Assembly: GCA_015487785.1 (NCBI GenBank)
Contig: WFPC01000025.1
Coordinates: forward strand, 6,654-70,653
Reading direction: 5' to 3'
DNA length: 64,000 bases
Origin: Gammaproteobacteria bacterium
GTDB taxonomy: Bacteria; Pseudomonadota; Gammaproteobacteria; S012-40
Each line of letters starts with the position of its first letter. Position 1 is the first letter of the stretch. The notes under the pieces are model-generated. The model made no database searches. It was not told the DNA's origin and saw only the letters and a list, made by a program, of their open reading frames with translations. This document shows, piece after piece, positions 32,197-44,735 of this stretch. Position numbers and translations under genes: made by a program.

Positions 32197-32233
32197 GGCC
32201 GGCAAGGGTTTTCCTTGCCGGCCGGTGTTTGTT
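32197..32233 (+). terminator. Probable intrinsic terminator after flgI
   Basis: 11-bp stem GGCCGGCAAGG/CCTTGCCGGCC with a 5-nt loop, followed by GGTGTTTGTTT. Confidence 0.6.
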
Positions 32234-32289
32234 TCCTCCCTTGTCTCAAAATATTCCGTAACTATTTGAAAATAATTTGCATGTCTAGG

Positions 32290-32305
32290 TGGCATGCATC
32301 TTGAA
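32290..32305 (+). promoter_or_regulatory. Non-canonical sigma54 promoter candidate for flgJKL
   Basis: TGGCATGCATCTTGAA (GG-N10-GA: -12 is GA instead of GC); AT-rich IHF-like site at 32258-32270. Confidence 0.5.
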
Positions 32306-32338
32306 ATATTGTCTTGCAACAGAGTACGGGACACGAGC

Positions 32339-33316
32339 ATGATCAATACCGGCGCAGACGTTTACCTCGACATCCAGGGCCTGGGCCAGCTCAAGGGCAT
32401 GGCCAATCGCCAGTCCCGGCAGGCATTGCGGGAAGTGGCCCGGCAATTCGAAGCGGTGTTTGTGAAAATGATGCTCAAGTCCATGCGCGAGGCCAGTTTC
32501 GGTGATCCCCTGTTCGATTCTGAAACCAGTGAGTTCTACCGCGACATGTACGATCATCAACTGTCGCTGGAATTGACCAAGAACGGCTCCATCGGCCTGG
32601 CCGACATGTTGGTACGCCAGTTGGGTCGCTTCGTGGAACCGCAGCAGGCCACGGATGGGGACACAGGGCCGGCCACCTGGGGACGGCCGTCGACACCGGT
32701 GCCAGCGGTCCGCCCGGATGCTGAACCCGCAACCGGGAGCGAGACGATCGAGACGCTTGAAAAAAAACGGGCGAAACCCGTGGCTGCGGCATCGAAGCCG
32801 GAGCCCGAGCTGAGTGCGCATGACCCGGAGAGTTTTATTCGCGCCCTGTGGCCCCTCGCCGAGCGCAGTGCCCGGGAGCTGGGCACCTCGCCCTCGGTGC
32901 TGCTGGCCCAGGCCGGCCTGGAAACCGGTTGGGGGCGCTATGTGCTGCGCGATGCCGAGGGCAGGAGCAGCCGTAACCTGTTCAACATCAAGGCCGATCA
33001 TCGCTGGAAGGGGGATACCGTCAGCCGCACGGTGGTGGAATACCGCGATGGCATCGCGGTGAAGGAACAGGCCCGCTTCCGGGCCTATGAGTCCTATGCC
33101 GAGAGTTTTCGCGACTACGTGGATTTCCTGAAGCAGAGTCCGCGCTATCTGCAGGCCTTGCAGCAAGCGGCCGATCCCCGGCGGTTCATTTCCGAACTGC
33201 ATCGGGCCGGTTATGCCACGGATCCCCGCTATGCGGAAAAGATCATCGACATCATGCAGCGGGAACCGTCTCTGCGGCCGCAAGCGCTGGAGATCAGTCG
33301 GCTGCTGGATGGCTAG
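32339..33316 (+). CDS. flgJ: Flagellar rod-cap / muramidase FlgJ
   Basis: QFEAVFVKMMLKSMR, AQAGLETGWG, NLFNIKA, GYATDPRYAEK. Confidence 0.96.
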   Translation: MINTGADVYLDIQGLGQLKGMANRQSRQALREVARQFEAVFVKMMLKSMREASFGDPLFDSETSEFYRDMYDHQLSLELTKNGSIGLADMLVRQLGRFVEPQQATDGDTGPATWGRPSTPVPAVRPDAEPATGSETIETLEKKRAKPVAAASKPEPELSAHDPESFIRALWPLAERSARELGTSPSVLLAQAGLETGWGRYVLRDAEGRSSRNLFNIKADHRWKGDTVSRTVVEYRDGIAVKEQARFRAYESYAESFRDYVDFLKQSPRYLQALQQAADPRRFISELHRAGYATDPRYAEKIIDIMQREPSLRPQALEISRLLDG

Positions 33317-33325
33317 GAGTGAATA

Positions 33326-35338
33326 ATGGGCGGTAGCACACTTCAGGTAGGAATCTCCGGACTGGCCGCGTTTCAGCGTTCACTGAGCACCATCGGCCAC
33401 AACATCTCCAATGCCAATACCGAGGGCTACTCGCGTCAGCGGGTGGATCTCACCGCGCGCAATCCCTCACCCAGTTCCGCGGGCTTCATAGGCAACGGGG
33501 TCACGGTGGAGTCGGTGCGGCGTTTCTACGACAGTTTCGCGGTTTCACAGGTGCGCTCGCGCTCGGCGGCGACGGAGTATTTCACCACCTACAAGAGCTT
33601 GGCCTCGCAGGTGGACAACCTGCTGGCCGACCCCGACGCCGGGGTATCCTCGGCGCTCAACAGCTTCTTCGATGCGGTGCAGGGAGTGGCCGACGATCCC
33701 AGCTCGGTATCGGCGCGCGAGGTCATGCTCACCGAAGGGCAGGGCCTGGTGGATCGTTTCCAGACCCTGGACGACTGGTTACAGGACCTGGGCAAGAACG
33801 CCAACGACCGCATCGTCAGCAAGGTGGGTGAGATCAACAGCCTGGCGCGCAACATCGCCAACATGAACAACGACATCATCGTGGCTTCCGGCCTCGGTGC
33901 CGGCCAGCCTCCCAATGATCTGCTGGACAAGCGCGACAAGTTGCTGGACGATCTTTCCAAGCTGATCTCGGTGAAAATCGTTGAGGGCACGGGCAACTCC
34001 ATCAATGTCTATGTGGGCAATGGCCAGAGTCTGGTATTGGACACCAACTACATGCAGCTGGAGGCGGGTATCGACCCGGACGACCCGGAGAACTACCAAG
34101 TGTCCTACCAGATGCCCAATGGCACCAGCTATCCGGTGACCGATACCCTCACCGGTGGCGAGCTGGGTGGCGTGATCGCCTTTCGCAATGAAATTCTCAA
34201 CCCCACTCGCAACAAGCTGGGCCGCCTGGCCATGGGTATTGCCATGACCTTCAACGAACAGCAGAAGCTGGGGGTGGACCTCGACGGCTTGTTGGGTGAC
34301 AACTTCTTTGAAGAACCCCTGCCGGAAGCGGTGCCCGGAGTGAACAACACCGGCGGCGAAACCCTTACAGTGACGGTGGACGACATCACCGCCATTACCA
34401 CCGCCGACTATACCCTGAGCTACAATGGTACCAACTACGTACTCACCAACCAGGACGATGGCAGCACCACCAATCTGACCATCGCCAGCGCAGGGCCGCC
34501 CATCGTTTTCGATCCGGTGGATGGCCTGAGCTTCGAGTTGAGCAATACACCGGCGGTGGGCGACGAATTTTTCATCCGCCCCACTCGGGGAGCCGCGCGC
34601 ACCTTCGAGCTGGCCATGGACAATCCCAATCGCATTGCCGCCGCCGGGCCTCTGCTCACACGTATCGACAACGGCAACCTGGGTGATGCCACCATCAGTG
34701 AGGCCACCGTGGTGGATTTCACCAATGCGGCATTGACCACATCGCCGGGTTCCTTGACGCCGCCGGTGCTCATCGTGTTCGACGATCCGCCGGTACCCAC
34801 TGCGCCAGCGACCCTATCCTACAGCATCTACGACAATAGCACGCCCGGCGCGCCAGTGTTGCTGGAAGCCAACATCTCCTACGATGTCAACGATCCCACC
34901 AACGGGCACGACATCTTTCCCAGCCCCGGTGGCCTGGACTACGGCTATACCGTGCGCATCGACGGGGAACCCCAACCCGGCGACCAGTTCACGGTGGAAT
35001 TCAACAGTAATGGCGTGAGTGACAACCGCAACGCCTTGTTACTGGCCGACCTGCAACAAAAAGGCACCCTGATCGGTGGCAATGCAACCTATTCCGATGT
35101 CTATAACGAGGCCGTGGTCTACGTGGGCAACCGTACACGCCAGGCGGAAATAAACCAACAGGCACAGAACGCCCTGCTGGACGAGGCCACCTCCATGCGA
35201 GAGGCGGTCTCGGGTGTCAACCTGGACGAGGAAGCGGCCAACCTGTTGCGCTATCAGCAGGCCTATGCCGCTGCGGCCCAGGTGATCACCGCCGCCGACC
35301 AGTTGTTTCAAACCCTGTTGAGTGCAGTGAGGAGCTAG
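33326..35338 (+). CDS. flgK: Hook-associated protein FlgK
   Basis: GHNISNANTEGYSRQ, NDLLDKRD, SGVNLDEEAANL. Confidence 0.97.
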   Translation: MGGSTLQVGISGLAAFQRSLSTIGHNISNANTEGYSRQRVDLTARNPSPSSAGFIGNGVTVESVRRFYDSFAVSQVRSRSAATEYFTTYKSLASQVDNLLADPDAGVSSALNSFFDAVQGVADDPSSVSAREVMLTEGQGLVDRFQTLDDWLQDLGKNANDRIVSKVGEINSLARNIANMNNDIIVASGLGAGQPPNDLLDKRDKLLDDLSKLISVKIVEGTGNSINVYVGNGQSLVLDTNYMQLEAGIDPDDPENYQVSYQMPNGTSYPVTDTLTGGELGGVIAFRNEILNPTRNKLGRLAMGIAMTFNEQQKLGVDLDGLLGDNFFEEPLPEAVPGVNNTGGETLTVTVDDITAITTADYTLSYNGTNYVLTNQDDGSTTNLTIASAGPPIVFDPVDGLSFELSNTPAVGDEFFIRPTRGAARTFELAMDNPNRIAAAGPLLTRIDNGNLGDATISEATVVDFTNAALTTSPGSLTPPVLIVFDDPPVPTAPATLSYSIYDNSTPGAPVLLEANISYDVNDPTNGHDIFPSPGGLDYGYTVRIDGEPQPGDQFTVEFNSNGVSDNRNALLLADLQQKGTLIGGNATYSDVYNEAVVYVGNRTRQAEINQQAQNALLDEATSMREAVSGVNLDEEAANLLRYQQAYAAAAQVITAADQLFQTLLSAVRS

Positions 35339-35344
35339 TGAAAA

Positions 35345-36643
35345 ATGCGTATTTCCACCGCGCAAATGGCCGAGTTGTCACTCAATTCCATGAACCGGCA
35401 GCAAGCCAAGTTGAGTCGGACCCAGCTGAAGATTTCCACCGGCCAGGCGCTGTTGTCGCCCTCCGACAATCCCTATGCCTCGTCGCGGGCATTGAGACTG
35501 GAGGAATCCATCGGCAGCTTCGAGCAATACCAGGTCAATGCTGGTTATGCCCGTGATCGCCTGGTGACCGAGGAAGGCGTGCTGGAAGGCGTGGGTAATC
35601 TCCTGCAGCGGGTGCGTGAGCTGACCCTCAATGCCACCAGTGACAGCCAGACCGCGGAAAGTCGCAAATTCATCGCCGCCGAGGTACGTCAACTCTATGA
35701 TCAAATGCTGTCACTGGCCAATAGCACCGACGCCAACAACGAATACCTGTTCGCCGGCTACCAGGGCAAGACCAAGCCCTTCGTGCCCAATGCCGCCACT
35801 GGTCGGGTGGAGTACAAGGGTGACAATGGCCAGCGATTCCTCAAGGTTGGCCCCAGCACCAATGTGGCGGTGAGTGATTCGGGAGAGTCGGTGTTCTACA
35901 ACATCCGCAATGGCAATGGCACCTTCGTCACCGAAGACGATGCCAACAACACCGGCACCGGCATCATCGATCCCGGCTCGGTGTTGGGCAATTACGTGCC
36001 GGAAGACTATACCATCAAGTTCATTCCTCCCACCTCGCCGCCCAACCAACCCGATGACCCGGTGGAATACTACGTGCTGGACCGCAATGGCGACATTGTG
36101 GTGCCCTCAGCCTATGCAGGCAGTACCGAGGCGGTGTTTACCGCCGACGTGGCGGCCAATCTCACCAGTGGGATTCCCTACGAAGAAAATTCCCTGATCC
36201 AGGGGCTCGACAGCAATGGTGCCCAGGTGAGCATTTCCGGCGAACCGGCCGCCGGTGACGTGTTCTACGTGAAGCGCAGCCGTTACCAAGAAGTGTTCCA
36301 GACCATCAAGAACCTCTATACCGTGCTGGAAGAGCCCATCAACGACGACAGTGACCGTGCCCGTTTCCACAATGCCATGAACCGGGTCTTGGTGGATGTG
36401 GACCAGGCCCTGGGCACAGTACTCGATGCGCGTGCCCGGGTGGGTGCCCGGCTCAATATCACCGACAAGCAATTCGAGATCAACGAATCGTTCAACTTGC
36501 AAATGAAGCAGACCCTGTCGTCGGTGAAGGATCTGGATTTCGCCCAGGCAGTCACCGACCTCAATCTGCAACTGGCCGGTTTGCAGGCAGCCCAGAATGC
36601 CTATACCAAGGTTCAGGGATTGTCGCTGTTCAATTATCTATAG
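35345..36643 (+). CDS. flgL: Hook-associated protein FlgL
   Basis: MRIST start, PSDNP, YLFAG, C-terminal LSLFNYL. Confidence 0.96.
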   Translation: MRISTAQMAELSLNSMNRQQAKLSRTQLKISTGQALLSPSDNPYASSRALRLEESIGSFEQYQVNAGYARDRLVTEEGVLEGVGNLLQRVRELTLNATSDSQTAESRKFIAAEVRQLYDQMLSLANSTDANNEYLFAGYQGKTKPFVPNAATGRVEYKGDNGQRFLKVGPSTNVAVSDSGESVFYNIRNGNGTFVTEDDANNTGTGIIDPGSVLGNYVPEDYTIKFIPPTSPPNQPDDPVEYYVLDRNGDIVVPSAYAGSTEAVFTADVAANLTSGIPYEENSLIQGLDSNGAQVSISGEPAAGDVFYVKRSRYQEVFQTIKNLYTVLEEPINDDSDRARFHNAMNRVLVDVDQALGTVLDARARVGARLNITDKQFEINESFNLQMKQTLSSVKDLDFAQAVTDLNLQLAGLQAAQNAYTKVQGLSLFNYL

Positions 36644-36649
36644 ATTTTC

Positions 36650-36665
36650 TGGCTAGAGCCTTGCA
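36650..36665 (+). promoter_or_regulatory. Sigma54 promoter for the pse operon
   Basis: TGGCTAGAGCCTTGCA (GG-N10-GC) in the flgL-pseB spacer. Confidence 0.8.
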
Positions 36666-36693
36666 TTCCCTTGTGATAGCTTAGACGAGGTGA

Positions 36694-38857
<2,164 letters not shown>

Positions 38858-38861
<4 letters not shown>

Positions 38862-39610
38862 GGAAGGTCGCCATCGTTCAGGCCCGCATGGGCTCCACTC
38901 GCTTGCCTGGCAAGGTAATGAAACCACTGTGCGGGATCTCCGTGCTGGGGCATATCCTGCTGCGACTGCGGCGCAGCCAGCGCTTGGATGATATCGTCGT
39001 CGCCACCTCGACCCTGTCACGAGACGATGTGGTGGCCGTGGAGGCGCGGCGCCACGGTGCGCAGGTTTGCCGGGGCAGTGAAACGGATGTGCTGGCGCGT
39101 TACCGCCAGGCCGCGGAACAGGCCGGGGCCGACTGGGTGGTGCGCATCACCGCCGACTGTCCATTGATCGACCCGCTCCTGCTGGACAGCATGCTCGAAG
39201 ATCTGCAGGAACGCCTGGGCTGTGGCGAGCGCATCGGATTTTTCACCAATACCCAGCCGCACAGCTATCCCCGGGGGCTCGATGTGGAGATCTTTCCCCG
39301 CTGGGCCCTGGAGCAGGCTTGTGCCGAAGCCAGCGAGACATATCAGCGCGAGCACGTGACCCCTTTCATCATCGAGCATGGTGAGCGTTATCCCCTGGTG
39401 AATGTCAAGGCCTGCCGGGACACTTCCCATTTGCGCTGGACCCTGGATACGCCGGAGGATTTCCAGTTCTTTCAGACGATCTACGAAGCCCTGTACCGCG
39501 ATGGTGACATCATTACCACGGCGCAAGTGATGGATCTGCTGGTGCGGCAACCGGAAATCAGTGCCATCAATGCCCATGTGCAACAAAAGGAGGGTCGTCT
39601 CGCCTCATGA
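38858..39610 (+). CDS. pseF: SpsF-type CMP-nonulosonate cytidylyltransferase (PseF role)
   Basis: IVQARMGSTRLPGKV, RITADCP, REHVTP, RWTLDTPED; role from position in the pse operon. Confidence 0.75.
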
Positions 39611-39651
39611 GGGCGCACGGTCATGGCTGATAACGACAGAGGAAGCCAGTA

Positions 39652-40800
39652 ATGCGTTATTGCACCCGTTGCGTAATGCCGGAAACCAAGCCAGACCTGT
39701 ATCTGGATGAAGAAGGTGTCTGCAATGCCTGCCGCAGCTACGAGAACCGCAAGCAGGTGGACTGGGATGCCCGGCGCCAGGAATTACTCGATCTGGTGGA
39801 GCGCTACCGAAACACCTCCGGTTCCAACTGGGACTGCATCGTGCCGGTCAGTGGTGGCAAGGACAGCACCTTCCAAGTGGTGCGCATGCTGCAACTGGGG
39901 CTCAATCCCCTGTGTGTCACCGCCACCACTTGTGATCTCACCGAAATCGGTCGCAAGAATATCGAAAACCTCAAGAACCTCGGGGTGGATTACATCGAGT
40001 TCTCCGCCAACCCGGTCATCCGGCGCAAGCTCAACCGTATTGGCCTGACCCAGGTGGGCGACATCTCCTGGCCGGAGCATGTGGCCATCTTCACCGTGCC
40101 GGTGCGTGCGGCGGTACAGTATCAAGTACCACTGATCATCTGGGGCGAGAACTCACAGAACGAATACGGCGGACCGGCCGCGGCCAGTGAGAACAATATA
40201 CTCGATCGCCAGTGGCTGGAGGAGTTTGGTGGTCTGCTGGGCCTGCGGGTGAGTGACCTGGTGGGCCTGGAGGGTATCGAAAAACGCCACCTGATTCCCT
40301 ATCGTTATCCCAGTGATGAAGAATTACGCCGGGTTGGGGTTACCGGATTGTTTCTGGGTTACTACCTGCCCTGGGACGGCCTGTCCAATGCCCTGCTGGC
40401 CCAGGCCCACGGTTTCACCACTTGGCACAAACCCACCGAGGGCTCCATGGTGAATTACGAAAACCTGGATAATTACCAGACCGCCATTCATGAATATTTC
40501 AAGTTTCTCAAGTTCGGCTTCGGGCGGGCCACCGATCATGCCTGCCTGCATATTCGCCGTGGCCGCATCACCCGAGAGGATGCCCTGGAAATCGTGCGCA
40601 AGCACGAGGGCAAGTTCCCCTGGAGTTATCTTGGCAAGCCGCTGGAGGAAATTCTCGCGCCGCTGGAAATCAGCCTGGACGAGTTCATAAAGATCTGTGA
40701 CCGCTTCACCAACAAGCGGCTTTTCAAGACAGATGCCAATGGCAGGCTGATAAAGGACAAGGACGGCAATCTCATCAAACGCTATTACGACAACCCATGA
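39652..40800 (+). CDS. N-acetyl sugar amidotransferase (PseA/WbuX/LmbE-unrelated PP-loop family)
   Basis: CTRC and CNAC zinc motif, PP-loop SGGKDS, KFGFGRA, IRRGRITREDAL. Confidence 0.85.
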   Translation: MRYCTRCVMPETKPDLYLDEEGVCNACRSYENRKQVDWDARRQELLDLVERYRNTSGSNWDCIVPVSGGKDSTFQVVRMLQLGLNPLCVTATTCDLTEIGRKNIENLKNLGVDYIEFSANPVIRRKLNRIGLTQVGDISWPEHVAIFTVPVRAAVQYQVPLIIWGENSQNEYGGPAAASENNILDRQWLEEFGGLLGLRVSDLVGLEGIEKRHLIPYRYPSDEELRRVGVTGLFLGYYLPWDGLSNALLAQAHGFTTWHKPTEGSMVNYENLDNYQTAIHEYFKFLKFGFGRATDHACLHIRRGRITREDALEIVRKHEGKFPWSYLGKPLEEILAPLEISLDEFIKICDRFTNKRLFKTDANGRLIKDKDGNLIKRYYDNP

Positions 40801-41408
40801 AGGTCGCGATTCTGGACTACGGCATGGGTAACCTGGGTTCGGTGACCCGGGCCCTGGAGGACTGTGGTGCCGAGGTGGTGTTGTGCACCGAGGGCGCTGC
40901 CCTGGAAGGTATCGGCAAGGTGGTGCTGCCCGGTGTGGGCGCCTTCGCCGATGGCATGGCGGCGCTACGTCAACGCGGGCTGGATCGTGCGCTGGGTGAG
41001 TATGTGGCAGCAGGCCGCGGTGAGTTGCTGGGTATCTGCCTGGGCATGCAACTGCTGGCCGACTGGGGTCTGGAAGGTGAACGCACTGCCGGTCTGGGTC
41101 TGATTGCGGGCGAGGTGATTCGTCTGCAGCCTGGCGCGGGGGAGCGTGTTCCCCATGTGGGCTGGAACTGTGTGCAGCGGTTGAGTGACGACCCGTTATG
41201 GCAGGGTATCGCCGAAGGGACGGATTTCTATTTCGTACACAGTTATCATTTTGCCGTGACACGGCAAAAACAGGCCATCGCTCGTACGCCTTATTGCGGA
41301 GAGGTGATATCCGCGGTGCGTTCCGGCAGGGTCTATGGGGTGCAGTTCCATCCGGAGAAAAGTTCCTTTCCGGGGCGACGCCTGTTGCAGAACTTTCTTT
41401 CTTTGTGA
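40797..41408 (+). CDS. HisH-like glutamine amidotransferase (glycan-associated)
   Basis: LPGVGAF, GICLGMQ, YFVHSY, QFHPEKS; coupled to the amidotransferase. Confidence 0.88.
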   Translation: MKVAILDYGMGNLGSVTRALEDCGAEVVLCTEGAALEGIGKVVLPGVGAFADGMAALRQRGLDRALGEYVAAGRGELLGICLGMQLLADWGLEGERTAGLGLIAGEVIRLQPGAGERVPHVGWNCVQRLSDDPLWQGIAEGTDFYFVHSYHFAVTRQKQAIARTPYCGEVISAVRSGRVYGVQFHPEKSSFPGRRLLQNFLSL

Positions 41409-41414
41409 GTCGTC

Positions 41415-42194
41415 ATGTTGAAGACACGCGTGATTCCCACCCTGTTATGGAAGGATTTCGGCCTGGTCAAGGGCAAGGGTTTCGACAGTTGGCGCCGGGT
41501 GGGTACGGTATTGCCGGCGATCAAGGTCTACAACACCCGTGATGTGGATGAACTGATTCTGCTCGATATCACCGCCACCGCTCAGGAGCGGGAGCCGGAT
41601 TATGAGGCCATTCGCGACTTCACTGCCGAATGCTCGGTGCCTCTCACGCTCGGTGGCGGGGTGAACGATCTGGAGGTGATTCGCAAGCTGCTCTACAGCG
41701 GGGCCGACAAGGTGGCCATCAACAGTGCAGCCTATGCACGTCCGCAGTTGATCACTGAGGCGGCGCAACGTTTTGGGAGCCAGTGCGTGGTGGTGAGCAT
41801 CGATGCCCGCCGCGATGCCCATGGCCGCTACCGTTGTTATCGCTGTTGCGGGCAGGAGGATACCGGGCGTGAATTGGTTGCGTGGGCAATGGAGGTGGAG
41901 AGCCTGGGAGCAGGGGAGATTCTGCTGACTTCCATCGAGCGTGATGGCAGCCTGCAAGGTTACGATGTGGGCATGATCCGGCAGGTCGCCCGGGCGGTGA
42001 ATATCCCAGTGATTGCTGCTGGTGGCGCGGGTGAGGCGTCCCATTTCCATCAGGCCCTGGTGCAGGGTGGGGCGAATGCGGTGGCCGCGGCCAGTGTGTT
42101 CCACTTCACCGAGTTGACCCCGGAAGAAGTCAAGCAATATCTGCGTGAACGGGGTATTGCTGTGCGTAATACTCTGCAGCGTGATGCCGCCTGA
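41415..42194 (+). CDS. HisF-like TIM-barrel protein (glycan-associated)
   Basis: [43 protein letters not shown]. Confidence 0.88.
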   Translation: MLKTRVIPTLLWKDFGLVKGKGFDSWRRVGTVLPAIKVYNTRDVDELILLDITATAQEREPDYEAIRDFTAECSVPLTLGGGVNDLEVIRKLLYSGADKVAINSAAYARPQLITEAAQRFGSQCVVVSIDARRDAHGRYRCYRCCGQEDTGRELVAWAMEVESLGAGEILLTSIERDGSLQGYDVGMIRQVARAVNIPVIAAGGAGEASHFHQALVQGGANAVAAASVFHFTELTPEEVKQYLRERGIAVRNTLQRDAA

Positions 42195-43668
42195 GATTGT
42201 TGTCCGGGCCGATGCTTCCCGCCACATGGGGTTGGGGCATGTGGCGCGTTGCCTGGCGCTGGCGCGCGCCTTGCGTCGGCGGGGTGCCACCGTAACGTTT
42301 CTGTGTCGTAGCCTGCCCGGTGATGCCGGTGAGCGCATAATCCGCGAAGGGTTTGCTCTGCAGCGGCTAGAGGTACCCATCGGCAACGAGAGCGAGGATG
42401 CCGCGGCCTGTCTGGCTTGGTTACAACAGCGGGTCGGGGTGCGCTGGTTGATCGTCGATCACTATGGGTTGGGCGCAGACTGGGAGAGTCGTCTGCGGCC
42501 CCATGTGGGTCAACTGCTGGCCATCGACGATCTGCCCGAGCGGCGGCATTGCTGTGATCTGCTGTTGGAGCCCAACCTGCCGGCCCGGTCACCCGGTCGT
42601 GACCACCGTGGCGCCAGGGAATGGCTTTCCGGGCCACGTTACGCCCTGTTGGATGCGGCCTTCGCCGCAGTGGGTGAAAAGCGCGGGAGACAGACCGCAC
42701 AGGCGTGCAGGCTGTTGGTGAGCTTCGGCGGAGCGGATCCCTCTGGTGATACGGAGAAGGTCCTGCGTGCTCTGGGCGCCATGGCGCGGAACTGGCGGGT
42801 CGAGGTGGTGATAGGGCCGGCCAATGGCCGTCGTCGGCAAATCGAGGCACTGGCCGCGCGATTACCCGATACGCGTTGTCATTACGACATCACACCGACA
42901 GAAATGGCGGCGGCCATGGCGCGGGCTGAGTTGGCCGTGGGCGCGGGTGGTGGCAGCGCCCTGGAACGCTGTGCCGCGGCCTTACCCGGCGTGGTCATTG
43001 CCCAGGCCGACAACCAGCGTGCGCCGGCGCGTCTATTGGCCGAGCATGGAGCCCAGCTCTACCTGGGAGAGTCGTCCGCGGTGGACGAAGAGCAGATCGC
43101 ACGTGCGTTGCTCGTGCTGGCGGAGAATGCCAGCCTGCGCCACAGCCTTGCCCGTCGCGGACGGGAATTGGTGGACGGCTTGGGTGCCGAGCGTCTGGCC
43201 AGGCACTTGTGTCGGCCGGATATCCTGTTGCGTCCGGCTCGCCAGGGTGATTGCGAGGCCGTTTGGTACTGGCGCAATGCACCGGAGGTGAGGCGTTATT
43301 CCGGCGATGGTGAGGTTATTGCCTGGCCGGTGCATCGTGCCTGGTTCGAGTCGGTGTTGGCCAATCCCTCGCGCCATCTGCTCATCGGTGAAAACGAGGG
43401 CAGACCGGTGGGTGTGTTGCGCTTTGATCTGGCACGGGACGAGGCCGAGGTGTCCATCTATTTGTGTCCGGACAAGCACGGTCAGGGCTATGGTGCGGCC
43501 TTGCTGGCCCAGGGACACCGGTGGTTGCGGGAGCACTGCCCGGGCTTGCGACGAGTGATCGCCGAGGTGCGCAGTGACAATACCGCCTCCCTGGCCCTGT
43601 TCCGTGCCCAGGGTTACCGGCAGTGGAAACAACAATGGGTCTATACGATGGAAGCCGATCTGTCATGA
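42184..43668 (+). CDS. pseG: PseG UDP-sugar hydrolase fused to a PseH-like GNAT N-acetyltransferase
   Basis: RADAS..GLGHVARC, VDHYGL, AIDD, LVSFGGADP, ADNQ; C-terminal GNAT domain (WRNAPEVR, VGVLRFD, GQGYG, NTASLALF). Confidence 0.88.
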   Translation: MPPEIVVRADASRHMGLGHVARCLALARALRRRGATVTFLCRSLPGDAGERIIREGFALQRLEVPIGNESEDAAACLAWLQQRVGVRWLIVDHYGLGADWESRLRPHVGQLLAIDDLPERRHCCDLLLEPNLPARSPGRDHRGAREWLSGPRYALLDAAFAAVGEKRGRQTAQACRLLVSFGGADPSGDTEKVLRALGAMARNWRVEVVIGPANGRRRQIEALAARLPDTRCHYDITPTEMAAAMARAELAVGAGGGSALERCAAALPGVVIAQADNQRAPARLLAEHGAQLYLGESSAVDEEQIARALLVLAENASLRHSLARRGRELVDGLGAERLARHLCRPDILLRPARQGDCEAVWYWRNAPEVRRYSGDGEVIAWPVHRAWFESVLANPSRHLLIGENEGRPVGVLRFDLARDEAEVSIYLCPDKHGQGYGAALLAQGHRWLREHCPGLRRVIAEVRSDNTASLALFRAQGYRQWKQQWVYTMEADLS

Positions 43669-44735
43669 ACAACGGTATCAGCCTGGGTGGCCACAAGGTG
43701 GGCGAGGGGCAGCCACCCTTCATCATCGCTGAAATGTCCGGCAATCACAATCAGTCGCTGGAGCGCGCGCTGGCCATCGTCGATGCCGCCGCCGAGGCCG
43801 GTGCCCATGCCTTGAAACTGCAGACCTATACCGCCGATACCATGACCCTGGACCTGGCACAGGGCGAATTCGTGATCGACGACGAAAACAGTCTGTGGCA
43901 CGGTGAAACCCTCTACCGGCTCTATCAGAAGGCGCATACGCCATGGGACTGGCACGAGCCCATTTTCCAGCGCTGTCGCGAACGCGGGCTGGTATGCATC
44001 AGCTCACCCTTCGATGCCACGGCGGTGGATTTTCTGCTCGAGAGTGGTGTGGACGCGCTCAAAATCGCCTCTTTCGAGAATACCGACCTGGCCCTGATTC
44101 GCAAGGCCGCCGCCAGCGGTCTGCCCGTTATCATCTCCACTGGACTGGCCAGCCTGGCGGAACTGGATATGGCGGTGCGCACCGCCCGCGAGGCCGGTTG
44201 TGAGCGGCCGGTCCTGCTGAAATGCACCAGCAGTTATCCGGCCACCCCGGCCGACGCCAATCTGGCCACCCTGGCACACATGCGTGAAGCTTTTGCCTGC
44301 CCGGTGGGCTTGTCAGATCATACCCCGGGTATCGGTGTGGCGGTGGCAGCCGCCGCTCTCGGTGCCTGCGTGATCGAGAAACATTTCACCCTTCGCCGCG
44401 CCGACGGTGGTGTGGATGCGGCATTTTCCCTGCAGCCGGAAGAACTGGCGGCGCTGGTGCGGGAAACGGCACGGGCCTGGCAGGCCATCGGTGAGCCACG
44501 CTATGGCGCCGGCGAGGCGGAGCGGGCCTCGCGCAAGTTTCGCCGCTCGCTGTATGTCGTCGAGGACATGCGGGCCGGTGAAATCCTGGGGCCGCACAAT
44601 CTGCGCGCCATCCGGCCCGGTTTTGGCTTGTCGCCACAATATTATGAAACCGTCCTGGGTATGGCGGTGACGCGCGATGTGACGCGCGGAACGGCTTTGA
44701 CCTGGGCGCTTCTGAAACCAGTACGAGGTGATTGA
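43665..44735 (+). CDS. pseI: Pseudaminic acid synthase PseI
   Basis: IIAEMSGNHN, KLQTY, KIASFE, GLSDHT, IEKHFTL, SAF domain RPGFGL. Confidence 0.94.
   Translation: MNNGISLGGHKVGEGQPPFIIAEMSGNHNQSLERALAIVDAAAEAGAHALKLQTYTADTMTLDLAQGEFVIDDENSLWHGETLYRLYQKAHTPWDWHEPIFQRCRERGLVCISSPFDATAVDFLLESGVDALKIASFENTDLALIRKAAASGLPVIISTGLASLAELDMAVRTAREAGCERPVLLKCTSSYPATPADANLATLAHMREAFACPVGLSDHTPGIGVAVAAAALGACVIEKHFTLRRADGGVDAAFSLQPEELAALVRETARAWQAIGEPRYGAGEAERASRKFRRSLYVVEDMRAGEILGPHNLRAIRPGFGLSPQYYETVLGMAVTRDVTRGTALTWALLKPVRGD

Noticed and set aside
39605-39633. Possible sigma28 promoter (GCTGATAA) before the amidotransferase
   Set aside because: No acceptable -35 at the right spacing, and the predicted TSS would fall on the RBS.
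40797-42194. hisH/hisF as histidine biosynthesis genes
   Set aside because: No other his genes are nearby, and they are coupled to a sugar amidotransferase within the pse operon.
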